Of a stretch of DNA of 64,000 bases, positions 15,001 through 30,000 are shown piece after piece. The stretch covers positions 16,244,001 to 16,308,000 of the forward strand of contig OZ024745.1 in the NCBI GenBank assembly GCA_964016885.1. Direction: 5' to 3'. A model generated the notes under the pieces. It was not told where the DNA came from, did no database searches, and was given only the letters and a program-made list of their open reading frames with translations. The stretch is from Eledone cirrhosa (taxonomy: Eukaryota). A program made the translations under genes and the position numbers. Positions within the stretch are counted from its first letter, which is position 1. Each line of letters opens with the position of its first letter.

Positions 15001-18000
15001 GTTGTTTGATGACAGTGGTTGTTGTTTGATGACTGGGTGGGTGTTGTTTGATGAAAATGATTGTTGTTTGATGAGAGTGGTGGTTGTTTGATGACAGTGG
15101 TGGTTGTTTGATGATTGGGTGGTTGTTGTTTGATGACAATGATTGTTGTTTGATGAGAGTGGTGGTTGTTTGATGACAGTGGTGGTTGTTTGATGACAGG
15201 GTGGTTGTTTGATGACAGTGGTGTTTGTTGTTTGATGACAGTGGTTGTTGTTTGATGACAGTGGTGGTTGTTTGATGACAGTGGTGGTTGTTGTTTGATG
15301 ACAGTGGTGGTTATTTGATGACAGTGGTGGTTTTTGTTTGATGACAGTGGTGGTTGTTGTTTGATGACAGTGGTTGTTGTTTGATGACAGTGGTGGTTGT
15401 TTGATGACAGTGGTGGTTGTTTGATGACAGTGGTGGTTGTTTGATGACAGTGGTTGTTGTTTGATGACTGGGTGGTTGTTTGATGACAGTGGTGGTTATT
15501 TGATGACAGTGGTTGTTGTTTGATGAATGGGTGGTTGTTTGATGACTGGGTGGTTGTTTGATGACAGTGGTGGTTGTTTGATGACTGGGTGGTTGTTTGA
15601 TGACAGTGGTGGTTGTTTCATGACTGGGTGGTTGTTTGATGACAGTGGTGGTTGTTTGATGACAGTGGTGGTTGTTTGATGACAAAGGTGGTTGTTGTTT
15701 GATGACAGTAGTGGTTGTTTGATGACAGTGGTGGTTGTTTGATGACAGTGGTGGTTGTTTGATGACAGTGGTGGTTGTTTGATGACAGTGGTGCTTGTTT
15801 GATGACAGTGGTGGTTGTTTGATTACTGTGGTGGTTGTTTGATGACAGTGGTGGTTGTTTGATGACAGTGGTGGTTGTTTAATGACAGTGGTGGTTGTTT
15901 GATGACTGGGTGTTTTTTTGTTGACAGTGGTGGTTGTCTGATGACTGTGGTGGTTGTTTGATGACTGGGTGTTTGTTTGATGACAGTGGTGGTTGTTTGA
16001 TGACTGGGTGGTTGTTGTTTGATGAAAATGATTGTTGTTTGATGACAGTGGTGGTTGTTTGATGACAGTGGTGGTTGTTTGATGACAGTGGTGGTTGTTT
16101 AATGACTGGGTGGTGGTTGTTTGATGACTGGGTGGTTGTTGTTTGATGACAATGGTGGTTGTTTGATGACAGTGGTGGTTGTTTGATGACAGTGGTTGTT
16201 GTTTGATGACAGTGGTAGTTGTTTGATGACAGTGGTGGTTGTTTGATGACAGTGGTGGTTGTTTGATGACAGTGGTGGTTGTTTAATGACTGGGTGGTTG
16301 TTTGATGAAAATGATTGTTGTTTGATGACAGTGGTGGTTGTTTTATGACAGTGGTGGTTGTTTGATGACAGTGGTTGTTGTTTGATGACAGTGGTGGTTG
16401 TTTGATGACAGTGGTGGTTGTTTGATGACAGTGGTGGTTGTTTGATGACAGTGGTGGTTGTTTAATGACTGGGTGGTTGTTTGATGAAAATGATTGTTGT
16501 TTGATGACAGTGGTGCTTGTTTGATGACAGTGGTGGTTGTTTGATGACAGTGGTGGTTGTTTGATGACAGTGGTGGTTGTTTAATGACAGTGGTGGTTGT
16601 TTGATAACTGTGTGTTTGTTTGATGACAGTGGTGCTTGTTTGATGACAGTGGTGGTTGTTTGATGACAGTGGTTGTTTTTTGATGACTGTGGAGGTTGTT
16701 TGATGACTGGGTGGTTGTTTGATGACAGTGGTTGTTGTTTGATGACTGTTGTGGTTGTTTGATGACTGGGTGGTTGTTTGATGACAGTGGCTGTTGTTTG
16801 ATGACTGTGGTGGTTGCTTGATCACTGGGTGGTTGTTTGATGACAGTGTTTGTTGTTTGATGACTGTGGTGGTTGTTTGATGACTTAGTGGTTGTTTGAT
16901 GACAGTGGTTGTTGTTTGATGACGGGGCGGTTGTTTGACGACTGGGTGGTTGTTTGATGACAGTGGCTGTTGTTTGATGACTGTGGTGGTTGTTTGATGA
17001 CTGGGTGGTTGTTTGATGACAGTGGCTGTTGTTTGATGACTGTGGTGGTTGTTTGATGACTGGGTTGTTGTTTGATGACTGGGTGGTTGTTTAATGACAG
17101 TGGCTGTTGTTTGATGACTGTGGTGGTTGTTTGATGACTGGGTGGTTGTTTGATGACAGTGGTTGTTGTTTGATGACTGTGGTGGTTGTTTGATGACTGG
17201 GTGGTTGTTTGATGACTGGGTGGTTGTTTGATGACAGTGGCTGTTGTTTGATGACTGTGGTGGTTGTTTGATGACAGTGGCTGTTGTTTGATGACTGTGG
17301 TGGTTGTTTGATGACTGGGTGGTTGTTTGATGACAGTGGTTGTTGTTTGATGACTGTGGTGGTTGTTTGATGACTGGGTGGTTGTTTGATGACAGTGGTT
17401 GTTGTTTGATGACTGGGTGGGTGTTTGATGACAGTAGTTGTTGTTTGAAGACAGTGGTTGTTGTTTGATGACAGTGGTGGTTGTTTGATGACAGTGGTGG
17501 TTGTTTGATGACAGTGGTGGTTGTTTGATGACAGTGGTTGTTGTTTGATGACTGGGTGGTTGTTTGATGACAGTGGTGGTTGTTTGATGACTTGGTGGTT
17601 GTTTGTTGACAGTGGTGGTTATTTGATGACTGGGTGGTTGTTGTTTGATGAATGGGTGGTTGTTTGATGACAGTGGTGGTTGTTTGATGACTGGGTGGTT
17701 GTTTGATGACAGTGGTGGTTGTTTGATGACTGGGTGGTTGTTTGATGACAGTGGTGGTTGTTTGATGACAGTGGTGGCTGTTTGATGACTGGGTGGTTGA
17801 TTGATGACAGTGGTGGTTGTTTGATGACAGTGGTGGTTGTTTGATGACTGGGTGGTTGTTTGATGACAGTGGTGGTTGTTTGATGACTGGGTGATTGTTT
17901 GATGACACTGGTTGTTGTTTGATGACAGTGGTGGTTGTTTGATGATAGTGGTGGTTGTTTGATGACAGTGGTGGTTGTTTGATGACTGGGTGTTTGTTTG

Positions 18001-21000
18001 GTGACAGTGGTTGTTGTTTGATGACAGTGGTGGTTGTTTGATGACAGTGGTGGTTGTTTGATGACAGTGGTGGTTGTTTGATGACTGGGTGTTTGTTTGG
18101 TGACAGTGGTTGTTTGATGACAGTGGTGGTTGTTTGATGACAGTGGTGGTTGTTGTTTGATGACTGGGTGGTTGTTTGTTGACAGTGGTTGTTGTTTGAT
18201 GACAGTGGTTGTTGTTTGATGACAGTGGTGGTTGTTTGATGACAGTGGTGGTTGTTGTTTGATGACTGGGTGGTTGTTTGTTGACAGTGGTTGTTGTTTG
18301 ATGACAGGGGTTGTTGTTTGATGACAGTGGTGGTTGTTTGATGACAGTGGTGGTTGTTTGATGACAGTGGTGGTTGTTGTTTGCTGACTGGGTGTTTGTT
18401 TGGTGAAAGTGGTTGTTGTTTGATGACAGTGGTGGTTGTTTGATGACAGTGGTGGTTGTTGTTTGATGACAGTGGTTGTTGTTTGATGACAGTGGTGGTT
18501 GTTTGATGACAGTGGTTGTTGTTTGATGACAGTGGTGGTTGTTTGATGACAGTGGTGGTTGTTGTTTGATGACTGGGTGGTTGTTTGTTGACAGTGGTTG
18601 TTGTTTGATGACAGTGGTTGTTGTTTGATGACAGTGGTGGTTGTTTGATGACAGTGGTGGTTGTTTGATGACAGTGGTGGTTGTTGTTAGCTGACTGGGT
18701 GTTTGTTTGGTGAAAGTGGTTGTTGTTTGATGACAGTGGTGGTTGTTTGATGACAGTGGTGGTTGTTTGATGACAGTGGTGGTTGTTGTTTGATGACAGT
18801 GGTTGTTGTTTGATGACAGTGGTGGTTGTTTGATGACTGGGTGGTTGTTGTTTGATGACAGTGGTGGTTGTTTGATGACAGTGGTGGTTGTTTGATGACA
18901 GTGGTGGTTGTTTGATGACAGTGGTGGTTGTTTGATGACAGTGGTGGTTGTTTGATGACTGGCTGGTTGTTTGATGACAGTGGTGGTTGTTTGATGACAG
19001 TGGTGGTTGTTTGAAGACAGTGGTTGTTGTTTGATGACTGGGTGGTTGTTTGATGACAGTGGTTGTTGTTTGATGACTGGGTGGTTGTTTGATGACAGTG
19101 GTTGCTGTTTGATGACAGTGGTGGTTGTTTGATGACTGGGTGGTTGTTTGATGACAGTGGTGGTTGTTTGATGACAGTGGTGGTTGTTTGATGACTGGGT
19201 GGTTGTTTGATGACAGTGTTGGTTGTTTGATGACTGGGTGGTTGTTTGATGACAGTGGTGGTTGTTTGATGACTGGGTTGTTGTTTGATGACTGGGTGGT
19301 TGTTTAATGACAGTGGCTGTTGTTTGATGACTGTGGTGGTTGTTTGATGACTGGGTGGTTGTTTGATGACAGTGGTTGTTGTTTGATGACTGTGGTGGTT
19401 GTTTGATGACTGGGTGGTTGTTTGATGACTGGGTGGTTGTTTGATGACAGTGGCTGTTGTTTGATGACAGTGGTGGTTGTTTGATGACAGTGGCTGTTGT
19501 TTGATGACTGTGGTGGTTGTTTGATGACTGGGTTGTTGTTTGATGACAGTGGTTGTTGTTTGATGACTGTGGTGGTTGTTTGATGACTGGGTGGTTGTTT
19601 GATGACAGTGGTTGTTGTTTGATGACTGGGTGGGTGTTTGATGACAGTAGTTGTTGTTTGAAGACAGTGGTTGTTGTTTGATGACAGTGGTGGTTGTTTG
19701 ATGACAGTGGTGGTTGTTTGATGACAGTGGTGGTTGTTTGATGACAGTGGTTGTTGTTTGATGACTGGGTGGTTGTTTGATGACAGTGGTGGTTGTTTGA
19801 TGACTTGGTGGTTGTTTGTTGTCAGTGGTGGTTATTTGATGACTGGGTGGTTGTTGTTTGATGAATGGGTGGTTGTTTGATGACAGTGGTGGTTGTTTGA
19901 TGACTGGGTGGTTGTTTGATGACAGTGGTGGTTGTTTGATGACTGGGTGGTTGTTTGATGACAGTGGTGGTTGTTTGATGACAGTGGTGGCTGTTTGATG
20001 ACTGGGTGGTTGATTGATGACAGTGGTGGTTGTTTGATGACAGTGGTGGTTGTTTGATGACTGGGTGGTTGTTTGATGACAGTGGTGGTTGTTTGATGAC
20101 TGGGTGATTGTTTGATGACACTGGTTGTTGTTTGATGACAGTGGTGGTTGTTTGATGATAGTGGTGGTTGTTTGATGACAGTGGTGGTTGTTTGATGACT
20201 GGGTGTTTGTTTGGTGACAGTGGTTGTTGTTTGATGACAGTGGTGGTTGTTTGATGACAGTGGTGGTTGTTTGATGACAGTGGTGGTTGTTTGATGACTG
20301 GGTGTTTGTTTGGTGACAGTGGTTGTTTGATGACAGTGGTGGTTGTTTGATGACAGTGGTGGTTGTTTGATGACAGTGGTGGTTGTTTGATGACAGTGGT
20401 GGTTGTTGTTTGATGACTGGGTGGTTGTTTGTTGACAGTGGTTGTTGTTTGATGACAGTGGTTGTTGTTTGATGACAGTGGTGGTTGTTTGATGACAGTG
20501 GTGGTTGTTGTTTGATGACTGGGTGGTTGTTTGTTGACAGTGGTTGTTGTTTGATGACAGGGGTTGTTGTTTGATGACAGTGGTGGTTGTTTGATGACAG
20601 TGGTGGTTGTTTGATGACAGTGGTGGTTGTTGTTTGCTGACTGGGTGTTTGTTTGGTGAAAGTGGTTGTTGTTTGATGACAGTGGTGGTTGTTTGATGAC
20701 AGTGGTGGTTGTTGTTTGATGACAGTGGTTGTTGTTTGATGACAGTGGTGGTTGTTTGATGACAGTGGTTGTTGTTTGATGACAGTGGTGGTTGTTTGAT
20801 GACAGTGGTGGTTGTTGTTTGATGACTGGGTGGTTGTTTGTTGACAGTGGTTGTTGTTTGATGACAGTGGTTGTTGTTTGATGACAGTGGTGGTTGTTTG
20901 ATGACAGTGGTGGTTGTTTGATGACAGTGGTGGTTGTTGTTAGCTGACTGGGTGTTTGTTTGGTGAAAGTGGTTGTTGTTTGATGACAGTGGTGGTTGTT

Positions 21001-24000
21001 TGATGACAGTGGTGGTTGTTTGATGACAGTGGTGGTTGTTGTTTGATGACAGTGGTTGTTGTTTGATGACAGTGGTGGTTGTTTGATGACTGGGTGGTTG
21101 TTGTTTGATGACAGTGGTGGTTGTTTGATGACAGTGGTGGTTGTTTGATGACAGTGGTGGTTGTTTGATGACAGTGGTGGTTGTTTGATGACAGTGGTGG
21201 TTGTTTGATGACTGGCTGGTTGTTTGATGACAGTGGTGGTTGTTTGATGACAGTGGTGGTTGTTTGAAGACAGTGGTTGTTGTTTGATGACTGGGTGGTT
21301 GTTTGATGACAGTGGTTGTTGTTTGATGACTGGGTGGTTGTTTGATGACAGTGGTTGCTGTTTGATGACAGTGGTGGTTGTTTGATGACTGGGTGGTTGT
21401 TTGATGACAGTGGTGGTTGTTTGATGACAGTGGTGGTTGTTTGATGACTGGGTGGTTGTTTGATGACAGTGTTGGTTGTTTGATGACTGGGTGGTTGTTT
21501 GATGACAGTGGTGGTTGTTTGATGACAGTGGTGGTTGTTTGATGACTGGGTGGTTGTTTGATGACAGTGGTGGTTGTTTCATGACAGTGGTGATTGTTTG
21601 ATGACAGTTGTGGTTATTTGAAGACTGGGTGGTTGTTTGATGACAGTGGTTGTTGTTTGATGAGTGGGTGGTTGTTTGATGACAGTGGTGGTTGTTTGAT
21701 GACTGGGTGGTTGTTTGATGACAGTGGTGGTTGTTTGATGACAGTGGTGGTTGTTTGATGACTGTGTGGTTGTTTGATGACAGTGGTGGTTGTTTGATGA
21801 CTGGGTGGTTGTTTGATGACAGTGGTGGTTGTTTGATGACAGTGGTGGTTGTTTGATGACAGTGGTTGTTGTTTGATAACTGGGTGGTTGTTTGATGACA
21901 GTGGTGGTTGTTTGATGACTGGGTGGTTGTTTGATGACAGTGGTGGTTGTTTCATGACTGGGTGGTTGTTTGATGACAGTGGTGATTATTTGATGACTGG
22001 GTGGTTGTTGTTTGATGACAGTAGTGGTTGTTTGATGACAGTGGTGGTTGTTTGATGACAGTGGTTGTTGTTTGATGACTGGGTGGTTGTTTGATGACAG
22101 CGGTGGTTGTTTGATGACTGGGTGGTTGTTTGATGACAGTGGTGGTTATTTGATGACAGTGGTGGTTGTTTGATGACAGTGGTGGTTGTTTGATGACAGT
22201 GGTGGTTGTTTGATGACAGTGGTGGTTGTTTGATGACTGGGTGGTTGTTTGATGACAGTGGTGGTTGTTTGATGACAGTGGTGGTTGTTTGATGACAGTG
22301 GTTGTTGTTTGATGACTGGGTGGTTGTTTTATGACAGTGGTTGCTGTTTGATGACTGGGTGGTTGTTTGATGACAGTGTTGGTTGTTTGACGACAGTGGT
22401 GGTTGTTTGATGACAGTGGTTGTTGTTTGATGACTGGGTGGTTGTTTGATGACAGTGGTGGTTATTTGATGACAGTGGTTGTTGTTTGATGAATGGGTGG
22501 TTGTTTGATGACAGTGGTGGTTGTTTGATGACAGTGGTGGTTGTTTGATGACAGTGGTTGTTGTTTGATGAATGGGTGGTTGTTTGATGACTGGGTGGTT
22601 ATTTGATGACTGGGTGGTTGTTGTTTGATGAATGGGTGGTTGTTTGATGACTGGGTATTTGTTTGAAGACAGTGGTGGTTGTTTGATGACTGGGTGGTTG
22701 TTTGATGACAGTGGTGGTTGTTTGATGACAGTGGTGGTTGTTTAATGACAGTGGTGGTTGTTTGATGACAGTGGTTGTTGTTTGATGACAGTGGTGGTTG
22801 TTTGATGACAGTGGTTGTTGTTTGATGACAGTGGTGGTTGTTTAATGACAGTGGTGGTTGTTTGATGACAGTGATGGTTGTTTGATGACAGTGTTTGTTA
22901 TTTGATGACAGTGGTGGTTGTTGTTTGATGACAGTGGTGGTTGTTTAATGACTGGGTGGTTGTTTGATGAAAATGATTGTTGTTTGATGACAGTGGTGCT
23001 TGTTTGATGACAGTGGTGGTTGTTTGATGACAGTGGTGGTTGTTTGATGACAGTGGTGGTTGTTTAATGACAGTGGTGGTTGTTTGATGACTGGGTGTTT
23101 GTTTGATGACAGTGGTGCTTGTTTGATGACAGTGGTGGTTGTTTGATGACAGTGGTGGTTGCTTGATGACTGGGTGGTTGTTTGATGACAGTGGTGGTTG
23201 TTTGATGACAGTGGTGGTTGTTTGATGACAGTGGTTGTTTTTTGATGACTGTGGAGGTTGTTTGATGACTGGGTGGTTGTTTGATGACAGTGGTTGTTGT
23301 TTGATGACTGTTGTGGTTGTTTGATGACTGGATGGTTGTTTGATGACAGTGGCTGTTGTTTGATGACTGTGGTGGTTGTTTGATGACTGGGTGGTTGTTT
23401 GATGACAGTGTTTGTTGTTTGATGACTGTGGTGGTTGTTTGATGACTTAGTGGTTGTTTGATGACAGTGGTTGTTGTTTGATGACAGTGGTTGTTGTTTG
23501 ATGACGGGGTGGTTCTTTGATGACTGGGTGGTTGTTTGATGACAGTGGCTGTTGTTTGATGACTGTGGTGGTTGTTTGATGACTGGCTGGTTGTTTGATG
23601 ACAGTGGCTGTTGTTTGATGACTGTGGTGGTTGTTTGATGACTGGGTGGTTGTTTGATGACTGGGTGGTTGTTTAATGACAGTGGCTGTTGTTTGATGAC
23701 TGTGGTGGTTGTTTGATGACTGGGTGGTTGTTTGATGACAGTGGTTGTTGTTTGATGACTGTGGTGGTTGTTTGATGACTGGGTGGTTGTTTGATGACTG
23801 GGTGGTTGTTTGATGACAGTGGCTGTTGTTTGATGACTGTGGTGGTTGTTTGATGACAGTGGCTGTTGTTTGATGACTGTGGTGGTTGTTTGATGACTGG
23901 GTGGTTGTTTGATGACAGTGGTTGTTGTTTGATGACTGTGGTGGTTGTTTGATGACTGGGTGGTTGTTTGATGACAGTGGTTGTTGTTTGATGACTGGGT

Positions 24001-27000
24001 GGGTGTTTGATGACAGTAGTTGTTGTTTGAAGACAGTGGTGGTTGTTTGATGACAGTGGTGGTTGTTTGATGACAGTGGTGGTTGTTTGATGACAGTGGT
24101 GGTTGTTTGATGACAGTGGTTGTTGTTTGATGACTGGGTGGTTGTTTGATGACAGTGGTGGTTGTTTGATGACTTGGTGGTTGTTTGTTGACAGTGGTGG
24201 TTATTTGATGACTGGGTGGTTGTTGTTTGATGAATGGGTGGTTGTTTGATGACAGTGGTGGTTGTTTGATGACTGGGTGGTTGTTTGATGACAGTGGTGG
24301 TTGTTTGATGACTGGGTGGTTGTTTGATGACAGTGGTGGTTGTTTCATCACTGGGTAGTTGTTTGATGACAGTGGTGGTTATTTGATGACTGGGTCGTTG
24401 TTGTTTGATGACAGTAGTGGTTGTTTGATGACAGTGGTGGTTGTTTGATGACAGTGGTGGTTGTTTTATGACAGTGGTGGTTGTTTAATGACAGTGGTAG
24501 TTATTTGATGACAGTGGTGGTTGTTTGATCACAGTGGTGGTTGTTTAATGACAGTGGTGGTTGTTTGATGACAGTGGTTGTTGTTTGATGACAGTGGTGG
24601 TTGTTTGATGACAGTGGTTGTTGTTTGATGACAGTGGTGGTTGTTTAATGACAGTGGTGGTTGTTTGATGACAGTGATGGTTGTTTGATGACAGTGTTTG
24701 TTATTTGATGACAGTGGTGGTTGTTGTTTGATGACAGTGGTGGTTGTTTAATGACTGGGTGGTTGTTTGATGAAAATGATTGTTGTTTGATGACAGTGGT
24801 GCTTGTTTGATGACAGTGGTGGTTGTTTGATGACAGTGGTGGTTGTTTGATGACAGTGGTGGTTGTTTAATGACAGTGGTGGTTGTTTGATGACTGGGTG
24901 TTTGTTTGATGACAGTGGTGCTTGTTTGATGACAGTGGTGGTTGTTTGATGACAGTGGTGGTTGTTTGATGACTGGGTGGTTGTTTGATGACAGTGGTGG
25001 TTGTTTGATGACAGTGGTGGTTGTTTGATGACAGTGGTTGTTTTTTGATGACTGTGGAGGTTGTTTGATGACTGGGTGGTTGTTTGATGACAGTGGTTGT
25101 TGTTTGATGACTGTTGTGGTTGTTTGATGACTGGATGGTTGTTTGATGACAGTGGCTGTTGTTTGATGACTGTGGTGGTTGTTTGATGACTGGGTGGTTG
25201 TTTGATGACAGTGTTTGTTGTTTGATGACTGTGGTGGTTGTTTGATGACTTAGTGGTTGTTTGATGACAGTGGTTGTTGTTTGATGACAGTGGTTGTTGT
25301 TTGATGACGGGGTGGTTCTTTGATGACTGGGTGGTTGTTTGATGACAGTGGCTGTTGTTTGATGACTGTGGTGGTTGTTTGATGACTGGCTGGTTGTTTG
25401 ATGACAGTGGCTGTTGTATGATGACTGTGGTGGTTGTTTGATGACTGGGTGGTTGTTTGATGACTGGGTGGTTGTTTGATGACAGTGGCTGTTGTTTGAT
25501 GACTGTGGTGGTTGTTTGATGACAGTGGCTGTTGTTTGATGACTGTGGTGGTTGTTTGATGACTGGGTGGTTGTTTGATGACAGTGGTTGTTGTTTGATG
25601 ACTGTGGTGGTTGTTTGATGACTGGGTGGTTGTTTGATGACAGTGGTTGTTGTTTGATGACTGGGTGGGTGTTTGATGACAGTAGTTGTTGTTTGAAGAC
25701 AGTGGTGGTTGTTTGATGACAGTGGTGGTTGTTTGATGACAGTGGTGGTTGTTTGATGACAGTGGTGGTTGTTTGATGACAGTGGTTGTTGTTTGATGAC
25801 TGGGTGGTTGTTTGATGACAGTGGTGGTTGTTTGATGACTTGGTGGTTGTTTGTTGACAGTGGTGGTTATTTGATGACTGGGTGGTTGTTGTTTGATGAA
25901 TGGGTGGTTGTTTGATGACAGTGGTGCTTGTTTGATGACTGGGTGGTTGTTTGATGACAGTGGTGGTTGTTTGATGACTGGGTGGTTGTTTGATGACAGT
26001 GGTGGTTGTTTCATCACTGGGTAGTTGTTTGATGACAGTGGTGGTTATTTGATGACTGGGTCGTTGTTGTTTGATGACAGTAGTGGTTGTTTGATGACAG
26101 TGGTGGTTGTTTGATGACAGTGGTGGTTGTTTTATGACAGTGGTGGTTGTTTAATGACAGTGGTAGTTATTTGATGACAGTGTTTGTTGTTTGATGACAG
26201 TGGTGGTTGTTGATTGATGACAGTGGTGGTTGTTTGTTGACAGTGGTGGTTGTTTGATGACAGTGGTGGTTGTTGTTTGATGACAGTGGTTGTTGTTTGA
26301 TGACAGTGGTGGTTGTTTGATGACAGTGGTGGTTGTTTGATGACAGTGGTGGTTGTTTGATGACAGTGGCTGTTGTTTGATGACAGTGGTGGTTGTTTGA
26401 TGACTGGGTGGTTGTTTGATGACAGTGGTGGTTGTTTGATGACAGTGGTGGTTGTTTGATGACTGGGTGTTTGTTTGGTGACAGTGGTTGTTGTTTGATG
26501 ACAGTGGTTGTTGTTTGACGACAGTGGTGGTTGTTTGATGACTGGGTGGTTGTTTGATGACAGTGGTGGTTGTTTGAAGACAGTGGTTGTTGTTTGATGA
26601 CTGGGTGGTTGTTTGATGACAGTGGTGGTTATTTGATGACTGGGTGGTTGTTTGATGACAGTGGTTGTTGTTTGATGACAGTGGTGGTTGTTTGATGACA
26701 GTGGTGGTTGTTGTTTGATGACAGTGGGTGTTGTTTGAGGACATTGGTGGTTGTTTGATGACTGGGTGGTTGTTTGATGACAGTGGTGGTTGTTTGAAGA
26801 CAGTGGTTGTTGTTTGATGACTGGGTGGTTGTTTGATGACAGTGGTGGTAATTTGATGACTGGGTGGCTGTTTGATGACAGTGGTTGTTGTTTGATGACC
26901 GTGTTGGTTGTTTGATGACTGGGTGGTTGTTTGATGACAGTGGTGGTTATTTGATGACTGGGTGGTTGTTTGATGACAGTGGTGGTTGTTTGATGACAGT

Positions 27001-30000
27001 GGTGGTTGTTTGATGACAGTGGTGGTTGTTTGATGACAGTGGTGGTTGTTTGATGACTGGGTGGTTGTTTGATAACAGTGGTGGTTGTTTGATGACAGTG
27101 GTGGTTGTTTGATGACAGTGGTAGTTGTTTAATGACAGTGGTGGTTGTTTGATGACTGGGTGGTTGTTTGATGACTGTGGTGGTTGTTTGATGACAGTGG
27201 TGGTTGTTTGATGACTGGGTGGTTGTTTGATGACAGTGGTGGTTGTTTGATGACAGTGGTGGTTGTTTGATGACAGTGGTGGTTGTTTGATGACAGTGGT
27301 GGTTGTTTGATGACAGTGGTGGTTGTTTGATGACAGTGGTGGTTGTTTGATGACTGGGTGGTTGTTTGATGACAGTGGTGGTTGTTTGATGACAGTGGTG
27401 GCTGTTTGATGACTGGGTGGTTGATTGATGACAGTGGTGGTTGTTTGATGACAGTGGTGGTTGTTTGATAACTGGGTGGTTGTTTGATGACAGTGGTGGT
27501 TGTTTGATGACTGGGTGATTGTTTGATGACAGTGGTTGTTGTTTGATGACAGTGGTGGTTGTTTGATGATAGTGGTGGTTGTTTGATGACAGTGGTGGTT
27601 GTTTGATGACTGGGTGTTTGTTTGGTGCCAGTGGTTGTTGTTTGATGACAGTGGTGGTTGTTTGATGACAGTGGTGGTTGTTTGATGACAGTGGTGGTTG
27701 TTTGATGACTGGGTGTTTGTTTGGTGACAGTGGTTGTTGTTTGATGACAGTGGTGGTTGTTTGATGACAGTGGTGGTTGTTTGATGACAGTGGTGGTTGT
27801 TTGATGACAGTGGTGGTTGTTGTTTGATGACTGGGTGGTTGTTTGTTGACAGTGGTTGTTGTTTGATGATAGTGGTTGTTGTTTGATGACAGTGGTGGTT
27901 GTTTGATGACAGTGGTGGTTGTTGTTTGATGACTGGGTGGTTGTTTGTTGACAGTGGTTGTTGTTTGACGACAGTGGTTGTTGTTTGATGACAGTGGTGG
28001 TTGTTTGATGACAGTGGTGGTTGTTTGATGACAGTGGTGGTTGTTGTTTGCTGACTGGGTGTTTGTTTGGTGAAAGTGGTTGTTGATTGATGACAGTGGT
28101 GGTTGTTTGATGACAGTGGTGGTTGTTTGATGACAGTGGTGGTTGTTGTTTGATGACAGTGGTTGTTGTTTGATGACAGTGGTGGTTGTTTGATGACTGG
28201 GTGGTTGTTGTTTGATGACAGTGGTGGTTGTTTGATGACAGTGGTGGTTGTTTGATGACAGTGGTGGTTGTTTGATGACAGTGGTGGTTGTTTGATGACA
28301 GTGGTGGTTGTTTGATGACTGGCTGGTTGTTTGATGACAGTGGTGGTTGTTTGATGACAGTGGTGGTTGTTTGAAGACAGTGGTTGTTGTTTGATGACTG
28401 GGTGGTTGTTTGATGACAGTGGTTGTTGTTTGATGACTGGGTGGTTGTTTGATGACAGTGGTTGCTGTTTGATGACAGTGGTGGTTGTTTGATGACTGGG
28501 TGGTTGTTTGATGACAGTGGTGGTTGTTTGATGACAGTGGTGGTTGTTTGATGACTGGGTGGTTGTTTGATGACAGTGTTGGTTGTTTGATGACTGGGTG
28601 GTTGTTTGATGACAGTGGTGGTTGTTTGATGACAGTGGTGGTTGTTTGATGACTGGGTGGTTGTTTGATGACAGTGGTGGTTGTTTCATGACAGTGGTGA
28701 TTGTTTGATGACAGTTGTGGTTATTTGAAGACTGGGTGGTTGTTTGATGACAGTGGTTGTTGTTTGATGAGTGGGTGGTTGTTTGATGACAGTGGTGGTT
28801 GTTTGATGACTGGGTGGTTGTTTGATGACAGTGGTGGTTGTTTGATGACAGTGGTGGTTGTTTGATGACTGTGTGGTTGTTTGATGACAGTGGTGGTTGT
28901 TTGATGACTGGGTGGTTGTTTGATGACAGTGGTGGTTGTTTGATGACAGTGGTGGTTGTTTGATGACAGTGGTTGTTGTTTGATAACTGGGTGGTTGTTT
29001 GATGACAGTGGTGGCTGTTTGATGACTGGGTGGTTGTTTGATGACAGTGGTGGTTGTTTCATGACTGGGTGGTTGTTTGATGACAGTGGTGATTATTTGA
29101 TGACTGGGTGGTTGTTGTTTGATGACAGTAGTGGTTGTTTGATGACAGTGGTGGTTGTTTGATGACAGTGGTTGTTGTTTGATGACTGGGTGGTTGTTTG
29201 ATGACAGCGGTGGTTGTTTGATGACTGGGTGGTTGTTTGATGACAGTGGTGGTTATTTGATGACAGTGGTGGTTGTTTGATGACAGTGGTGGTTGTTTGA
29301 TGACAGTGGTGGTTGTTTGATGACAGTGGTGGTTGTTTGATGACTGGGTGGTTGTTTGATGACAGTTGTGGTTGTTTGATGACAGTGGTGGTTGTTTGAT
29401 GACAGTGGTTGTTGTTTGATGACTGGGTGGTTGTTTTATGACAGTGGTTGTTGTTTGATGACTGGGTGGTTGTTTGATGACAGTGGTGGTTGTTTGACGA
29501 CAGTGGTGGTTGTTTGATGACAGTGGTTGTTGTTTGATGACTGGGTGGTTGTTTGATGACAGTGGTGGTTATTTGATGACAGTGGTTGTTGTTTGATGAA
29601 TGGGTGGTTGTTTGATGACAGTGGTGGTTGTTTGATGACAGTGGTGGTTGTTTGATGACATTGGTTGTTGTTTGATGAATGGGTGGTTGTTTGATGACTG
29701 GGTGGTTATTTGATGACTGGGTGGTTGTTGTTTGATGAATGGGTGGTTGTTTGATGACAGGGTATTTGTTTGAAGACAGTGGTGGTTGTTTGATGACTGG
29801 GTGGTTGTTTGATGACAGTGGTGGTTGTTTGATGACAGTGGTGGTTGTTTAATGACAGTGGTGGTTGTTTGATGACAGTGGTTGTTGTTTGATGACAGTG
29901 GTGGTTGTTTAATGACAGTGGTTGTTGTTTGATGACTGGGTGGTTGTTTGATGACAGTGGTGGTTGTTTGATGACAGTGTTTGTTGTTTGATGACAGTGG